Source: Candidatus Bathyarchaeia archaeon
GTDB taxonomy: Archaea; Thermoproteota; Bathyarchaeia; Bathyarchaeales; Bathycorpusculaceae
Assembly (NCBI GenBank): GCA_050012255.1
Contig: JBEKHN010000011.1
Location: 1 to 64,000 of the forward strand
Length of the DNA: 64,000 nt
Direction: 5' to 3'
Every line of letters starts with the position of its first letter. Position 1 is the first letter of the stretch. A program made the translations under genes and the position numbers. Below, piece by piece: positions 28,055 through 38,002 of this stretch. Below the pieces are notes generated by a model that worked only from the letters and a program-made list of their open reading frames with translations, was not told the origin of the DNA and searched no databases.

Positions 28055-28981
28055 CTAGTACGGGAACGGCTTTTTCGCCCTGAGCTTCATCAGTCGTTCA
28101 ATGCCTATCTTCTGCAGGAACTCATAGTGACCGTCGACGCTTGTTATGTAATCTTCACAGTATTTTTGCCACCCTTCCTCCGTCTTGCACTGGTCATAGT
28201 ACATGCGAACATGCTCCATGTCATAGTCGTAATAGTTGTAAACCATCATCGGATGCGAGCCCCATGGGCACTCAACGACATGAGTAACGTAGATGTTGGG
28301 GATAACCGTCTGGTCAGGCTGAGATCGAATAAATTCAGTGTCCACGATTTCCTCGGCCGTAACGATGACCTTCTTTCCAGCCCTTGCCCCTTCCACGTCT
28401 TCGCCCCTGATTCCGTCTATCTGCACGTTTCCTTCTCGGTCCACGCGTGAAGCGTGCACTATGCTGAAGTCTGGACGAACTGATGGGACGAGGACCACTT
28501 TTTCTCCCGTGAATGGACAATTGATCACTTCTGCCTTCTTGTCCCTGAACCTCTTTTTTGCAAGCATGTCGGTTGCCAGCATGCTTTTGAGCGGCATGAA
28601 AGGGACTCCGAGCGCACCGCCGAAGAAACGTAGAACCATCGCAAGGTTTGAATAATCTTCTATTTCGATGGCACCCTCACGGATTCTCCTCTGAATGTTA
28701 GGCACCAGACCTATGCCCTCAATCGCGTAGAAAGCCAGCTCGTACCGTGAAACGACCCGCGCGCCTGACAGGATGTCAATATCCATTTCTGACCCGCAAG
28801 TGTAGATTGTCAAATCTCTCTTCTTCTGCCTGACAAGCTCGTAAGCGAAAGCCATAGCCGGACGCTGGAAACCGAAGCCTCCCCAGAAAAGGTGAGAGCC
28901 ATCTGGAACAAGCTTCACGGCCTCTTTCAGTGTTATCCTCTTATCTTCGACCGGGGCCTCAACCAAATTTTCACCAGCCAT
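28055..28981 (-). CDS. Family I CoA-transferase alpha subunit (GctA-like)
   Basis: GGF, GGALGVPFMP, CPFTG, D.EGN, TAEEIV, PWGSHP. Confidence 0.9.
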   Translation of the reverse strand: MAGENLVEAPVEDKRITLKEAVKLVPDGSHLFWGGFGFQRPAMAFAYELVRQKKRDLTIYTCGSEMDIDILSGARVVSRYELAFYAIEGIGLVPNIQRRIREGAIEIEDYSNLAMVLRFFGGALGVPFMPLKSMLATDMLAKKRFRDKKAEVINCPFTGEKVVLVPSVRPDFSIVHASRVDREGNVQIDGIRGEDVEGARAGKKVIVTAEEIVDTEFIRSQPDQTVIPNIYVTHVVECPWGSHPMMVYNYYDYDMEHVRMYYDQCKTEEGWQKYCEDYITSVDGHYEFLQKIGIERLMKLRAKKPFPY

Positions 28982-29063
28982 TTAGGCTTGCATAAACGTG
29001 TATCCTACACATAGATTTTTCGACTCCACAGTCTTGAGGAGCACGGCAAACATCACCATTCGC

Positions 29064-30080
29064 TCACGAAAAACCTAATTGTTTAACTATGCATGAAAGC
29101 TCGTCTTCCGTCAATTTCCTTGGATAATTGTAGATTGGACCGCTTGGGTTCTCGTTGTAAAATGGACGGTTGCAGTAAGGACATCCGGACGTGAGAAATG
29201 GCTCGCCCGTTTCAATCACCTTCATCAGGGTTTCCCCATCGACTCCAAAATTAACCAACGAGCCCTGCTCATCAAAACTCATATCTTCATATCGGGCGGT
29301 TCCCTGCAAAATCAGGTGCCTTGCAACTTGTATTCGCCTATATGCTTCAATCGGGGGTCTCTTTTGGCTGGCAAGTGTTGTCCCAGGAATCGGTGTGAAG
29401 GCAAAGAGCGCTGGAAGAATCGTCATATCCACGCATTCTTGCATCGTTTTGATCATCTGCCTTTGGGTTTCTCCAAGTCCAACGATCAGATGTGTACTGA
29501 CCCTTCCTTTTCCAAAAGTACGCAAGGCTTCATCCAACAGCTGGAACTGTCCCTCCCAAGTGTACGGGCCTCCGGCAGAAGAGCCTTTGATTCTCGTGAA
29601 GACACTTTTGACTGCCGCGTCTAGGGGTATGCCTATTCTTTCGGCTCCTGCATCAGCCAACTGGGCTATGTTTTCTCGCGTGGACGGCTGGCACGAGACT
29701 GAGATAGGCATGTGAGTTTGTTCGAAGATTGTCTTCACCAGAGCCGTTAGATGTGTGAAGACTTCAGGATAGTTCAGGGCTTGGAAGCAGACACGTTTTA
29801 TGTCGGCTTTTTCGTGGGCTCGGGCTATTCCGTTCAGCACAGGTTTTGTTGGATAGACTGGCCATGAAACCCTTGAAAGCATGTCCGTTCTGCCGCGGCT
29901 CTCCCTGGCTTGAGGACAAAAACCACAATTTGCGCTACACTTGCCCCGTCTGTATGTCATAAGATAGATAGTCGTTGGGGTAGCATCAAGTCTCGCGTTT
30001 AACAGTCCAAGGATTACTGCAGAACCTAGGGAGACACGAATCTGCCTTGGCAAGGGGGTCTTTTTGCTCACATGTCTCAC
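29064..30080 (-). CDS. lipS2: Radical SAM protein, archaeal lipoyl synthase component LipS2
   Basis: CSANCGFC, LSRVSWP, signature TSGCPYCNRP. Confidence 0.85.
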   Translation of the reverse strand: MRHVSKKTPLPRQIRVSLGSAVILGLLNARLDATPTTIYLMTYRRGKCSANCGFCPQARESRGRTDMLSRVSWPVYPTKPVLNGIARAHEKADIKRVCFQALNYPEVFTHLTALVKTIFEQTHMPISVSCQPSTRENIAQLADAGAERIGIPLDAAVKSVFTRIKGSSAGGPYTWEGQFQLLDEALRTFGKGRVSTHLIVGLGETQRQMIKTMQECVDMTILPALFAFTPIPGTTLASQKRPPIEAYRRIQVARHLILQGTARYEDMSFDEQGSLVNFGVDGETLMKVIETGEPFLTSGCPYCNRPFYNENPSGPIYNYPRKLTEDELSCIVKQLGFS

Positions 30081-30238
30081 AGCCTGGACATGAAATGGTT
30101 TGAAAGGGATGTTTTACAGACTTGCAGAAGTTTTGAGTCGGATTAAAGAGTTTCTAGCCTTTCATTCGAAAATTCCCCGAGGGCATGTTAAATAAACTGC
30201 GAAGTCTTCAAGTACATTTCAAAACCCTGAAGGAGTTC

Positions 30239-30736
30239 ATGCTTGAAATGTCTGTGGAGATGACTTCTGAAGAGATTGAGCAGTTTCTAGTTTGTGCGCG
30301 AGTTGGGAGGCTTGGCATGGTTGTGGATAATGAACCGTACGTAGTCCCAGTTGGCTTTGGATATTGCAACGGAAAGGTGTTTTTTCACACGTGCGACAAA
30401 GGGTTGAAAATGAACGGTCTGAGAAAGAACCCTAGTGTTTGCTTTGAGGTCGACGAAGCTTTGTCCGACGTAACGATGTTTAAGAGTGTGATTATTCTTG
30501 GCAATGCTGAAATCATCAATGAGGAGAAGAAAATGATACCTTATCTTCAGAAGCTCATCGATAAGTACCGTGTTCCATTGATCTTCGACGAGTATATGAG
30601 CAAACCAAGAAGAAACAGGGAAAGCGAACTGAAGGCCGTAAGAATCTGCGTGATAACTCCACGAAAGGTAACAGGCAGAAGATTTGTACAAAACAAGGCC
30701 TTAGCTGACACTGCTGCTTCAGACTCAACTTCATGA
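30239..30736 (+). CDS. Pyridoxamine 5'-phosphate oxidase-like flavin-binding protein (NimA-like)
   Basis: VGRLGM...PYVVPV, FFHT..G.K, NPSVCFEVD, SVIILG; start uncertain. Confidence 0.85.
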   Translation: MLEMSVEMTSEEIEQFLVCARVGRLGMVVDNEPYVVPVGFGYCNGKVFFHTCDKGLKMNGLRKNPSVCFEVDEALSDVTMFKSVIILGNAEIINEEKKMIPYLQKLIDKYRVPLIFDEYMSKPRRNRESELKAVRICVITPRKVTGRRFVQNKALADTAASDSTS

Positions 30737-30876
30737 AACAGATCCAAAAGTCCGTCAGGAACCAATAAGTGGATGTTGGAAAACACTGAAAAATTAACAT
30801 GTTTTCTGCTGAAGATTGAGGATTCATAAACGATTTATCTGCAGCGAAACAAGACCCACAGAAAGGGTGCCCAAAA

Positions 30877-31212
30877 GTGCACAGATCAAAGCTGGAATCA
30901 TATGAAGCAATTCTGGAAGCCTTGATAAAGAAACCTCTTACAGTCGACAGGATAGCATACGAAACCACCATAGACTGCACCGTCCTCAATCGTCGCTTGG
31001 ACTTCTTGACGGAAAACGGGCTAGTTGAGGAACGACCCTTGCCCAAGAAAGCGCTGTACGCCATCACAGAAAGAGGCGTGGCGGTTTTTAAAGCCCTGAA
31101 TTTCAACAGATACCTCGAGAAGATCTCAAGCACACTTTCTGCAATAGACGAAGCGATGCAGACCATACCGGTGATTTCAAAGGACTGTAAGGAAACAGAA
31201 GAAACACGATAA
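30877..31212 (+). CDS. Winged-helix transcriptional regulator
   Basis: RSKLE...ILEAL, L.FL.ENGLV, YAITERG. Confidence 0.85.
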   Translation: MHRSKLESYEAILEALIKKPLTVDRIAYETTIDCTVLNRRLDFLTENGLVEERPLPKKALYAITERGVAVFKALNFNRYLEKISSTLSAIDEAMQTIPVISKDCKETEETR

Positions 31213-31258
31213 AACGAAAAGTATTAAGCGAGTCATGGGACAATCCTAACCGAGAACA

Positions 31259-32281
31259 ATGACTAGACTCTCGGCTGAAAGCATCTGGCGCATGAACGAA
31301 AGGGAGCTTTTGAACGTTCTGAAAAAGGACGCTTGTGTTGTTAAACGTAAGAGAATCCGCTTTTACGCACCAAGCTTCATGTACTATAAAACAAGTCGTT
31401 ACGCTTCTTCTTCGAGTGATTTTCCGACGATCTCCATAACCGGTAAGGCGTGCGCTTTGATGTGTAAACACTGTGGTGGAACAGTGCTGAACACGATGTA
31501 CCCTGCCACGACGCCTGACGCGCTCTTTGAACTGTGTACACGATTGAAGGAAAAGGGAGCAAAGGGATGCTTGATAAGTGGCGGATGCCTGCCCAACGGG
31601 GCTGTGCCTCTCGGAGGGTTTGTGGACTCCATCGCAAGGATCAAGCATGAGCTGGGCTTAACAGTGTTTGTGCACACGGGTGTCATCGACCTCAAGACAG
31701 CTGAGGGACTCAAGAAAGCCGGAGTCGATGCAGCCCTATTAGACATCACTGGTTCGAACGAAACCCTAAAGGAGATCTTCAATCTAGACGCGTCAGTCAA
31801 GGATTACGCAAATTCCTTGAAGGCTTTGCATGAAGCTGGAATCGAGTTTGTACCGCACGTGATCGTGGGGCTGCATTATGGAAAACTTGAAGGTGAGCTG
31901 CATGCCTTGAAAATGGTGTCAGAGCTCAACCCTTCAGCACTTGTTATAATCGCGTTCATGCCCATACGCGGAACAGAGATGGAGAACGTCAAGCCTCCAG
32001 GACCGATCGACGTAGCCAAAGTGATTGCGGCTGCAAGGTTGATGTTTCCTGACACTCCGTTGGTCCTTGGCTGTATGCGGTCTAGAGATAAGCATAGGTC
32101 TGAAACAGAGATCCTCGCCATAGAAGCGGGGGTAGACGCTATCGCGTTTCCAACTGAAGAGGCAGTTGAATTCGCTGAGAGCCAAGGATACAAAACATCT
32201 TTCTCTTCGTTTTGCTGCTCGCAGATCTACTTGGACATGAGAACCTCCACTACTTTTCGCGTATCACCACCGCTACCATGA
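31259..32281 (+). CDS. lipS1: Radical SAM protein, archaeal lipoyl synthase component LipS1
   Basis: SITG.ACALMCKHC, LISGG, PHVIVGL, signature LGCMR and C-terminal CCS. Confidence 0.85.
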   Translation: MTRLSAESIWRMNERELLNVLKKDACVVKRKRIRFYAPSFMYYKTSRYASSSSDFPTISITGKACALMCKHCGGTVLNTMYPATTPDALFELCTRLKEKGAKGCLISGGCLPNGAVPLGGFVDSIARIKHELGLTVFVHTGVIDLKTAEGLKKAGVDAALLDITGSNETLKEIFNLDASVKDYANSLKALHEAGIEFVPHVIVGLHYGKLEGELHALKMVSELNPSALVIIAFMPIRGTEMENVKPPGPIDVAKVIAAARLMFPDTPLVLGCMRSRDKHRSETEILAIEAGVDAIAFPTEEAVEFAESQGYKTSFSSFCCSQIYLDMRTSTTFRVSPPLP

Positions 32282-33887
32282 CCGCGAACTCTGACATCGC
32301 AGTAGCGAGAAAGACTAGCAAAAAGAACGGCGGAGCAAGGAAGAAGGCCGCAAACGCGCAGACTATCGGTATTGAGGCCACGATGTACCCGGGAATCAAG
32401 ATCATGATGTAAGTGGTAATTCTTGAGTAGATGTTGCCGACGGCGAAGCCTTCTTTCCAGAACTTCCTCAGCAAAATCGTCAGTTCCAGCATGATCGCAG
32501 CTGCGACAGAGAACGTGTGTATCATTCCCAAAGTCAAGATAAACGAGAAGCTTTTCCCCAACAAGACTGCGACGATTGAAAGAACGATCATAGAAATCAT
32601 GTAGGTGACCGTTGACAACAGGGTTTTCGCCGTTACCATCGTCCTTTTCTTCATAGGAAGATGCCTTGTGTAGGCAGATGCTAAACCCTCAATGGCAAGA
32701 AGAGTTGGTGGAAGCAGAAGCGTGATCATTGATATTCCAGTCAGAATCCCCAGTGCAGCGCTCGGCCCGACATCGCTGAATGAAGAGAAAGTTATTGCCA
32801 CAACAATTGTCTGTACAACTGGCAAAAGAAAAAGACTTGCGTATGAAGGCGCTCTGGACGCCACTCTCAAGTCCTTCCGAATGATTCCTAGCCATGGAAT
32901 TTGAGGTCTGATGAGCGTGTCCTTCACGATTTCTCTTGGACCTGCAGCAAATCCTCCGACCCCGATCTTTCTAACGGTCCGCGTGACCCACTTTAGACAG
33001 TAGTACGCAGCAACCACATATGCGACTGACGCGATAGTCGAAAGACCTAGAGTGACGTTGTCAACTCCGTGAAGGAACGTTGCATAGGACACTAGAAACC
33101 CGTAGGAAAACGGGTAAACCAGAACTAGAATCTGGGAAATCGAAGAAAAACCCTGCGCAAGATGCGCAAACGATTGAACTATTTCTCCCGCGAAATTCAC
33201 GACAAAGTATGCGGCAAAGGTTGGCAGAAGCCACACAAGCATGAACCCAAATCTCAGAAAAGTCTTCCATTTCGATTTGCCCCCTGCCCGTGCGACTCTT
33301 AGGTAGAAAAATTGAGCGGAAACCGTGGTGAGAGCCAGGGCGAAGATCTCGGTGACTCCGATGCCTACGACAGACACTATGCCCCCTAGGATCGAGCCGC
33401 CGATGACGAAGTAGACGGAGAGAAAGATGATTGCTGCTGCAACTAGAGGTATGTCGAAGATTCTGATGAAACATAGAAATATTGTTCTTGAGATTTCCTT
33501 TTTTGAAAGCGGAAGAGGACTGAGGACATCCACAATTTTTGAGGATACAAAAGACGTTGACATCTGCAGCCCCATGAAAACTATCAAGAAGAGTACGACG
33601 GCAAGGAAAGCCGAGACGCCGCCTTGGACCGCTATTTCTCTCGGCAGGGCTGTACTGACGCCGCTGATTGTTAGAGGAAGGAACACTACTCCTGCGAAGA
33701 TAGCGATGAAAACTGTCGTGACCAGCTTACTGATCAGAGTGTTTATCCTGGCGCTAGCGACGAGTTGTTTGACGTCTCTTCTACCGCTTTGAGGCAGGGA
33801 TGAGCCTGCACGAAGGGAAAAGATGGATTGGAACGAGACTTCTTTGTACACTTTGCCCGACAAGCGCCAAAGCTCAGAGAATCTCAC
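32250..33887 (-). CDS. ABC exporter permease (large multi-TM)
   Basis: About 12 hydrophobic segments, LSPLPLS and HLPM loops; directly downstream of an ABC ATPase. Confidence 0.8.
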   Translation of the reverse strand: MRFSELWRLSGKVYKEVSFQSIFSLRAGSSLPQSGRRDVKQLVASARINTLISKLVTTVFIAIFAGVVFLPLTISGVSTALPREIAVQGGVSAFLAVVLFLIVFMGLQMSTSFVSSKIVDVLSPLPLSKKEISRTIFLCFIRIFDIPLVAAAIIFLSVYFVIGGSILGGIVSVVGIGVTEIFALALTTVSAQFFYLRVARAGGKSKWKTFLRFGFMLVWLLPTFAAYFVVNFAGEIVQSFAHLAQGFSSISQILVLVYPFSYGFLVSYATFLHGVDNVTLGLSTIASVAYVVAAYYCLKWVTRTVRKIGVGGFAAGPREIVKDTLIRPQIPWLGIIRKDLRVASRAPSYASLFLLPVVQTIVVAITFSSFSDVGPSAALGILTGISMITLLLPPTLLAIEGLASAYTRHLPMKKRTMVTAKTLLSTVTYMISMIVLSIVAVLLGKSFSFILTLGMIHTFSVAAAIMLELTILLRKFWKEGFAVGNIYSRITTYIMILIPGYIVASIPIVCAFAAFFLAPPFFLLVFLATAMSEFAVMVAVVIREK

Positions 33888-33893
33888 TGCATT

Positions 33894-34667
33894 TTACTCC
33901 TCTTCTAAGGCCTTTATTATGTCCTGCATCCCGGCTTCCTGCTCTGTCACTTTCAAGAAAATGTCTTCTAAGGAACCTTCTGCGCTTCTGACAAGTTTGC
34001 GGAGATCGGCAACCGTGCCTTCTCCGACGATTTTGCCCTTGTTTATTATTCCAACTCTTGTGCACAGTTTTTCCGCGACTTCCATGATGTGGGTCGAGAA
34101 TATGACGGCTCCGCCCTTCTTGGCGTGAAAGGTTACAAGTTCCTTGAGAATCTTCGAAGACCGTGCGTCCAAGCCTATCAGAGGTTCGTCCAAGATCAGG
34201 AGTTTCGGATCGTGCAGCAGGGCCGAGACAACAGCGACTTTCTGCTTGTTGCCCATAGACAAAGCCGCGATCGGAGTGTCAAAGTACTCCCTGAGTTCAA
34301 AAGCGGACACGAACCTTTCAAGCTTGGAGTTGACAACTTCCCTGTCCAAGCGTCTTATTGAAGCTACAAACTCGAAAAACTCTCTCGGCGTGAGCGAATC
34401 AAGAAGCACAACCTCTTCTGGGACATAGCCGATTTTACTCTTCGCCGCGACTTCATCCGAGAGCGGCGTATCGTAGATCTCAACTTTTCCCGCACGTGGC
34501 TCCAGAACTCCCACAAGAACCTTGATCGTACTCGTCTTGCCCGCACCGTTAGGACCCAGCAACCCATAGATTTCCCCGTTCTTCACGGTGAACGATAGGT
34601 TTTCAACCGCCACGAAAGAACCATAACTGACAACAAGGTCTTGGACGTTAACAGCAACGGTCTCCAT
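33894..34667 (-). CDS. ABC transporter ATP-binding protein
   Basis: GPNGAGKT, LSMGNKQK, LILDEP, STH. Confidence 0.95.
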   Translation of the reverse strand: METVAVNVQDLVVSYGSFVAVENLSFTVKNGEIYGLLGPNGAGKTSTIKVLVGVLEPRAGKVEIYDTPLSDEVAAKSKIGYVPEEVVLLDSLTPREFFEFVASIRRLDREVVNSKLERFVSAFELREYFDTPIAALSMGNKQKVAVVSALLHDPKLLILDEPLIGLDARSSKILKELVTFHAKKGGAVIFSTHIMEVAEKLCTRVGIINKGKIVGEGTVADLRKLVRSAEGSLEDIFLKVTEQEAGMQDIIKALEEE

Positions 34668-35039
34668 GTTTAGCCCTTCAACGCGTGAATCATAGTTTTT
34701 CTTGATTGGTTGCCTTAATACGTTTCCCTAAACAACAGCCAACTGGCACAACCTGACCGTAGGTTTCGAACAGGTTCGAAGTGTCTGACCCGGGGGTTCT
34801 GCCACAGCGTAACCGAACAAGTGGTTAGTCACTGGAATGCGAAATGCCCCTTGCCATGTCGGAACCAATGATCACAACCCAAAGCGATGCTGAAAGCGCA
34901 GACAGTGCCTCCGGAATATTAGCACCTGGAACGTACCGCCACAGGAACCTTGCAATCCACACGCGCGCGCTGTCTCCTCGGTCTATCTTATCGCCACTGA
35001 CTGTTTTTGAAAGATGTGAGCTCATGCGTCTTAGTCGGG

Positions 35040-36164
35040 TCACACGGGAACAAATCGTCTGAGTCTCTGTAAGCACCGTAATTTCTCTGCGTTGCCAATC
35101 CTTGCCTCTTGGACTGATTGTCTCAGGATTTGGATGGACTCGTCCATTGCCTCGCGGTTAACAGGGTACGGCACGCCGTCTTTTCCTCCGTACGCAAAGG
35201 AATACTTCACAGGGTCTTTCCAGCTTGGCTTTTCGCCATAAAGCAGTTCTGCAATCAACGCGAGTCCTCTTACCGTAGCCGGTCCGACACCCTTGAAGCC
35301 AAGCAGCTCCTCGTAGTTGCTGGGTTGGAACTCGTAGATTTGCTTCATCGTTCTCCAGTTTGTGTTCCATGGCATGCATAAAACATCCGGCAGTTCTTTG
35401 TTCCATCTGGCTTCTGCGGCTGCTGGCAACCATTCACTCAGCGATTTTTGAAGATGAGGCCTCACAGACACAACCAGTCGCATGAGCTTCTTGGTGGGTT
35501 CCTTGGCCACGTCTACAGAAGCTTTCCTGCTTCCTTCACTTTCTCGAGCGGTCATGTCCAACGCGCACTGACGTTTCGTGTCGCCGACGATTGCGCTGTG
35601 AGGTTCAACGACGAACTCTTCCAGTTTCTCGGAGAGCCAGTGATAGCGTCTTGCGGTTCGATCTTGTGCGCACATGCCTTGCTGGACGACTGCCCATTTC
35701 CTGTTCTCCGCAACGAAGAACGCGTGATGATAGAGCTGATAGCCTGCTTGGATCGCAGTGTTGTCAACCTTTGCACTCATCCTGCTTGCATAACGCAGAC
35801 TCTCGATGTTTTCAGTTGGAAAGCCAAACTTCTCTCCAACAGTCTGGATCTCCTCAGGCGCCAGACGGGAGAACTTGCCCTTCCCGCCGCAAACCGCGAT
35901 ACCGTGCTCCTCAGGAATGATTGCCTGTTTGAGGATCGCCGTGACAACGGTGGTCACTCCTGACGAGTGCCAGTCATACCCTAGAACACAGCCTAGGGCC
36001 TGAAACCAGAAAGGGTCAGAGATTCGCTTCAAGAACTCGTTTGAACCATACTCGTCGACGATGATGGTGACCATTTCTTTGGCGAGTTTTCGCATTCGAA
36101 CGATGAGGTACATCGGTGCTTTTCCGTAATGAAGTGGAAGCTTGGCAATCCCTGTCCTCTGCAT
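35040..36164 (-). CDS. DUF763 family protein
   Basis: RTG.A.LPLHYGKAP, DPFWFQA.GCVLG.DWHSSG.TT, AKVD, VVQQGM, ARRYHW, GGKDGVP. Confidence 0.88.
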   Translation of the reverse strand: MQRTGIAKLPLHYGKAPMYLIVRMRKLAKEMVTIIVDEYGSNEFLKRISDPFWFQALGCVLGYDWHSSGVTTVVTAILKQAIIPEEHGIAVCGGKGKFSRLAPEEIQTVGEKFGFPTENIESLRYASRMSAKVDNTAIQAGYQLYHHAFFVAENRKWAVVQQGMCAQDRTARRYHWLSEKLEEFVVEPHSAIVGDTKRQCALDMTARESEGSRKASVDVAKEPTKKLMRLVVSVRPHLQKSLSEWLPAAAEARWNKELPDVLCMPWNTNWRTMKQIYEFQPSNYEELLGFKGVGPATVRGLALIAELLYGEKPSWKDPVKYSFAYGGKDGVPYPVNREAMDESIQILRQSVQEARIGNAEKLRCLQRLRRFVPV

Positions 36165-36206
36165 CGGAACACCGCTCGTAATACAAGTGCTCCACAAATG
36201 GTTTAA

Positions 36207-36695
36207 TCATTTTCCTTTCTTCTTCAGAATGTGACCTTCTCTGTCGGTCTCGCCCGTGCGGATCCGTGTTGTCGAGATTGCCACGTGATTTTGGGAGGGG
36301 ACCATGTCAATCACAATTATTTCAAGGGGATCTATTCCGATTTCTTTTCTCTTTTGGTTGATTTTAAGAGCGACGGGCTTCGTCTCGTCGCTGACGACCA
36401 ATGCTTCGATAGGATCTTTAGAAAGCAGCACACCGCCATAAGCATCATTTATTGGAATTATTTCCGCTCTCTGCAGTACTCCTTGATATTTTAGGAAATC
36501 TCTCAGCTCTCTCGTGCGCTCCTCGTAAGATGCCGTCTGGTGAGGCTTGTCCATTTTTCTAGCAAATTCGTCTGAAGAGACGCCGATCATCACGCGTTCG
36601 CCTATTTCAAAAGCTTTATTGAGCAATGCTCTGTGTCCCTTGTGAAGCTCGTCGAAAGTGCCGCCAAGACCGACAGTTCTGAACTTTTTCCGCAT
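36207..36695 (-). CDS. coaD: Phosphopantetheine adenylyltransferase (archaeal type)
   Basis: GGTFDELHKGH, LVVS.ET, IN..R, ISTTRIR.GE.D.EG. Confidence 0.92.
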   Translation of the reverse strand: MRKKFRTVGLGGTFDELHKGHRALLNKAFEIGERVMIGVSSDEFARKMDKPHQTASYEERTRELRDFLKYQGVLQRAEIIPINDAYGGVLLSKDPIEALVVSDETKPVALKINQKRKEIGIDPLEIIVIDMVPSQNHVAISTTRIRTGETDREGHILKKKGK

Positions 36696-36732
36696 CGATT
36701 TCACGTTTAACGCGTCTGGACTGTTTATGAGA

Positions 36733-38001
36733 CTATTTTGGTTTGATCCTGTCAATCGTGACATCGAGTATCTTCCTTGCAACTTCTCGCTTCTTGGCCA
36801 GTGGCACATGCACTATGCTCTTCTCCTTGTCAATTATGAAAACCTCGTTGGTATCGGTTGCGAAGCCAACCCCCTTCTTTCCCACGTCGTTTACGACGAT
36901 AATATCTGCATTGGCTTTCAGCAGCCTCTTGTACGCGCTCTCAATCAGCCTCTTCTTGGGCAGCCTGTATTCAGCGCGGAATGCTACGAGAAAAGTTCGG
37001 GGACTCACCTTTTTCACGCTGTCTATGATCTTCGCTGTGGGCTTCAGCTTCAAATCAAGCGAACGCAACTTGTGCGACGAAACCTTGTACGAAAACGGTT
37101 TCTCAAGCGCCCAATCAGCAGCCGCAGCAACAGCTATGACCAAATCATACTTCCTAGAATTCAGTTCAGAAACGACCGCCTCATGCATCTGCCGTGTTGA
37201 CTCAACTCTGAGCACATGAGCTCTTGAAGGAGGAGCTTCTGTTCCTGAACCGTAGACGAGTGTCACTTCTGCTCCCCGGCTCAAGGCTTCCTCTGCTATT
37301 GCAACGCCCATTTTTCCAGAGCTTTTGTTCGTGACGACGCGAACTGGGTCTATGTGCTCCAAGGTTGCGCCCGCCGTGATCAACACATTCAGACCCGAGA
37401 AATCCTGCCTGACCGTGAGTCTACGGATAACCGCATCAACGATTTCTTCGGTCTTAGCGATTTTTGCCTTTCCCTCCTCGAATCTTGGACCTGCGAATTC
37501 TACTCCCAGAGCTTTGAGTTCTTTGACGTTCTTAATCAATATCGGATGGTTGTACATGGATTCATGCATCGCTGGAACAATGATTATTGGACAGTTTGAG
37601 CCGAAGGCCGTTGAGACGACGGATGTGACCGTGGTGTCATCAATCCCGCAGGCGATCTTGCTTATGGTGTTTGCTGTGGCAGGTGCCACTAGGACAAGGT
37701 CGACCCTCAAGGAGTGCTCGCCGACCAAGGCCACGTGTTCAATTTTGCCAGTCAGCTCTGTTATCACTTCGTTCCCCGTCGCCCATTCCATCAGATAAGG
37801 GTGAACGATTTTCCTAGCCATCGACGACATCACAGCGAACACTTCGGCGCCATGTCGCATCATGGCACGTGCAATCTCTGGACTCTGAACAGCAGCCACG
37901 CTGCCGGTTACACACAGAACTATACGCTTTGACCTCAGCTCACTGCCTTGAGTTCCAATAATGTGCTTCGACGGATGCGTTGACAAGACTGATCCCTCCA
38001 A
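36733..38001 (-). CDS. coaBC: Bifunctional phosphopantothenoylcysteine decarboxylase/synthetase
   Basis: TGSVAA, APATANT, PAMH..MY, TAGAT.E.IDPVR..TN.SSGKMG, AAAAD, VVNDV. Confidence 0.96.
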   Translation of the reverse strand: MEGSVLSTHPSKHIIGTQGSELRSKRIVLCVTGSVAAVQSPEIARAMMRHGAEVFAVMSSMARKIVHPYLMEWATGNEVITELTGKIEHVALVGEHSLRVDLVLVAPATANTISKIACGIDDTTVTSVVSTAFGSNCPIIIVPAMHESMYNHPILIKNVKELKALGVEFAGPRFEEGKAKIAKTEEIVDAVIRRLTVRQDFSGLNVLITAGATLEHIDPVRVVTNKSSGKMGVAIAEEALSRGAEVTLVYGSGTEAPPSRAHVLRVESTRQMHEAVVSELNSRKYDLVIAVAAAADWALEKPFSYKVSSHKLRSLDLKLKPTAKIIDSVKKVSPRTFLVAFRAEYRLPKKRLIESAYKRLLKANADIIVVNDVGKKGVGFATDTNEVFIIDKEKSIVHVPLAKKREVARKILDVTIDRIKPK

Positions 38002-38002
38002 C

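Noticed and set aside
34760-34830. Two TTCGAA T-loop-like motifs
   Set aside because: No T-stem, acceptor stem or cloverleaf could be built
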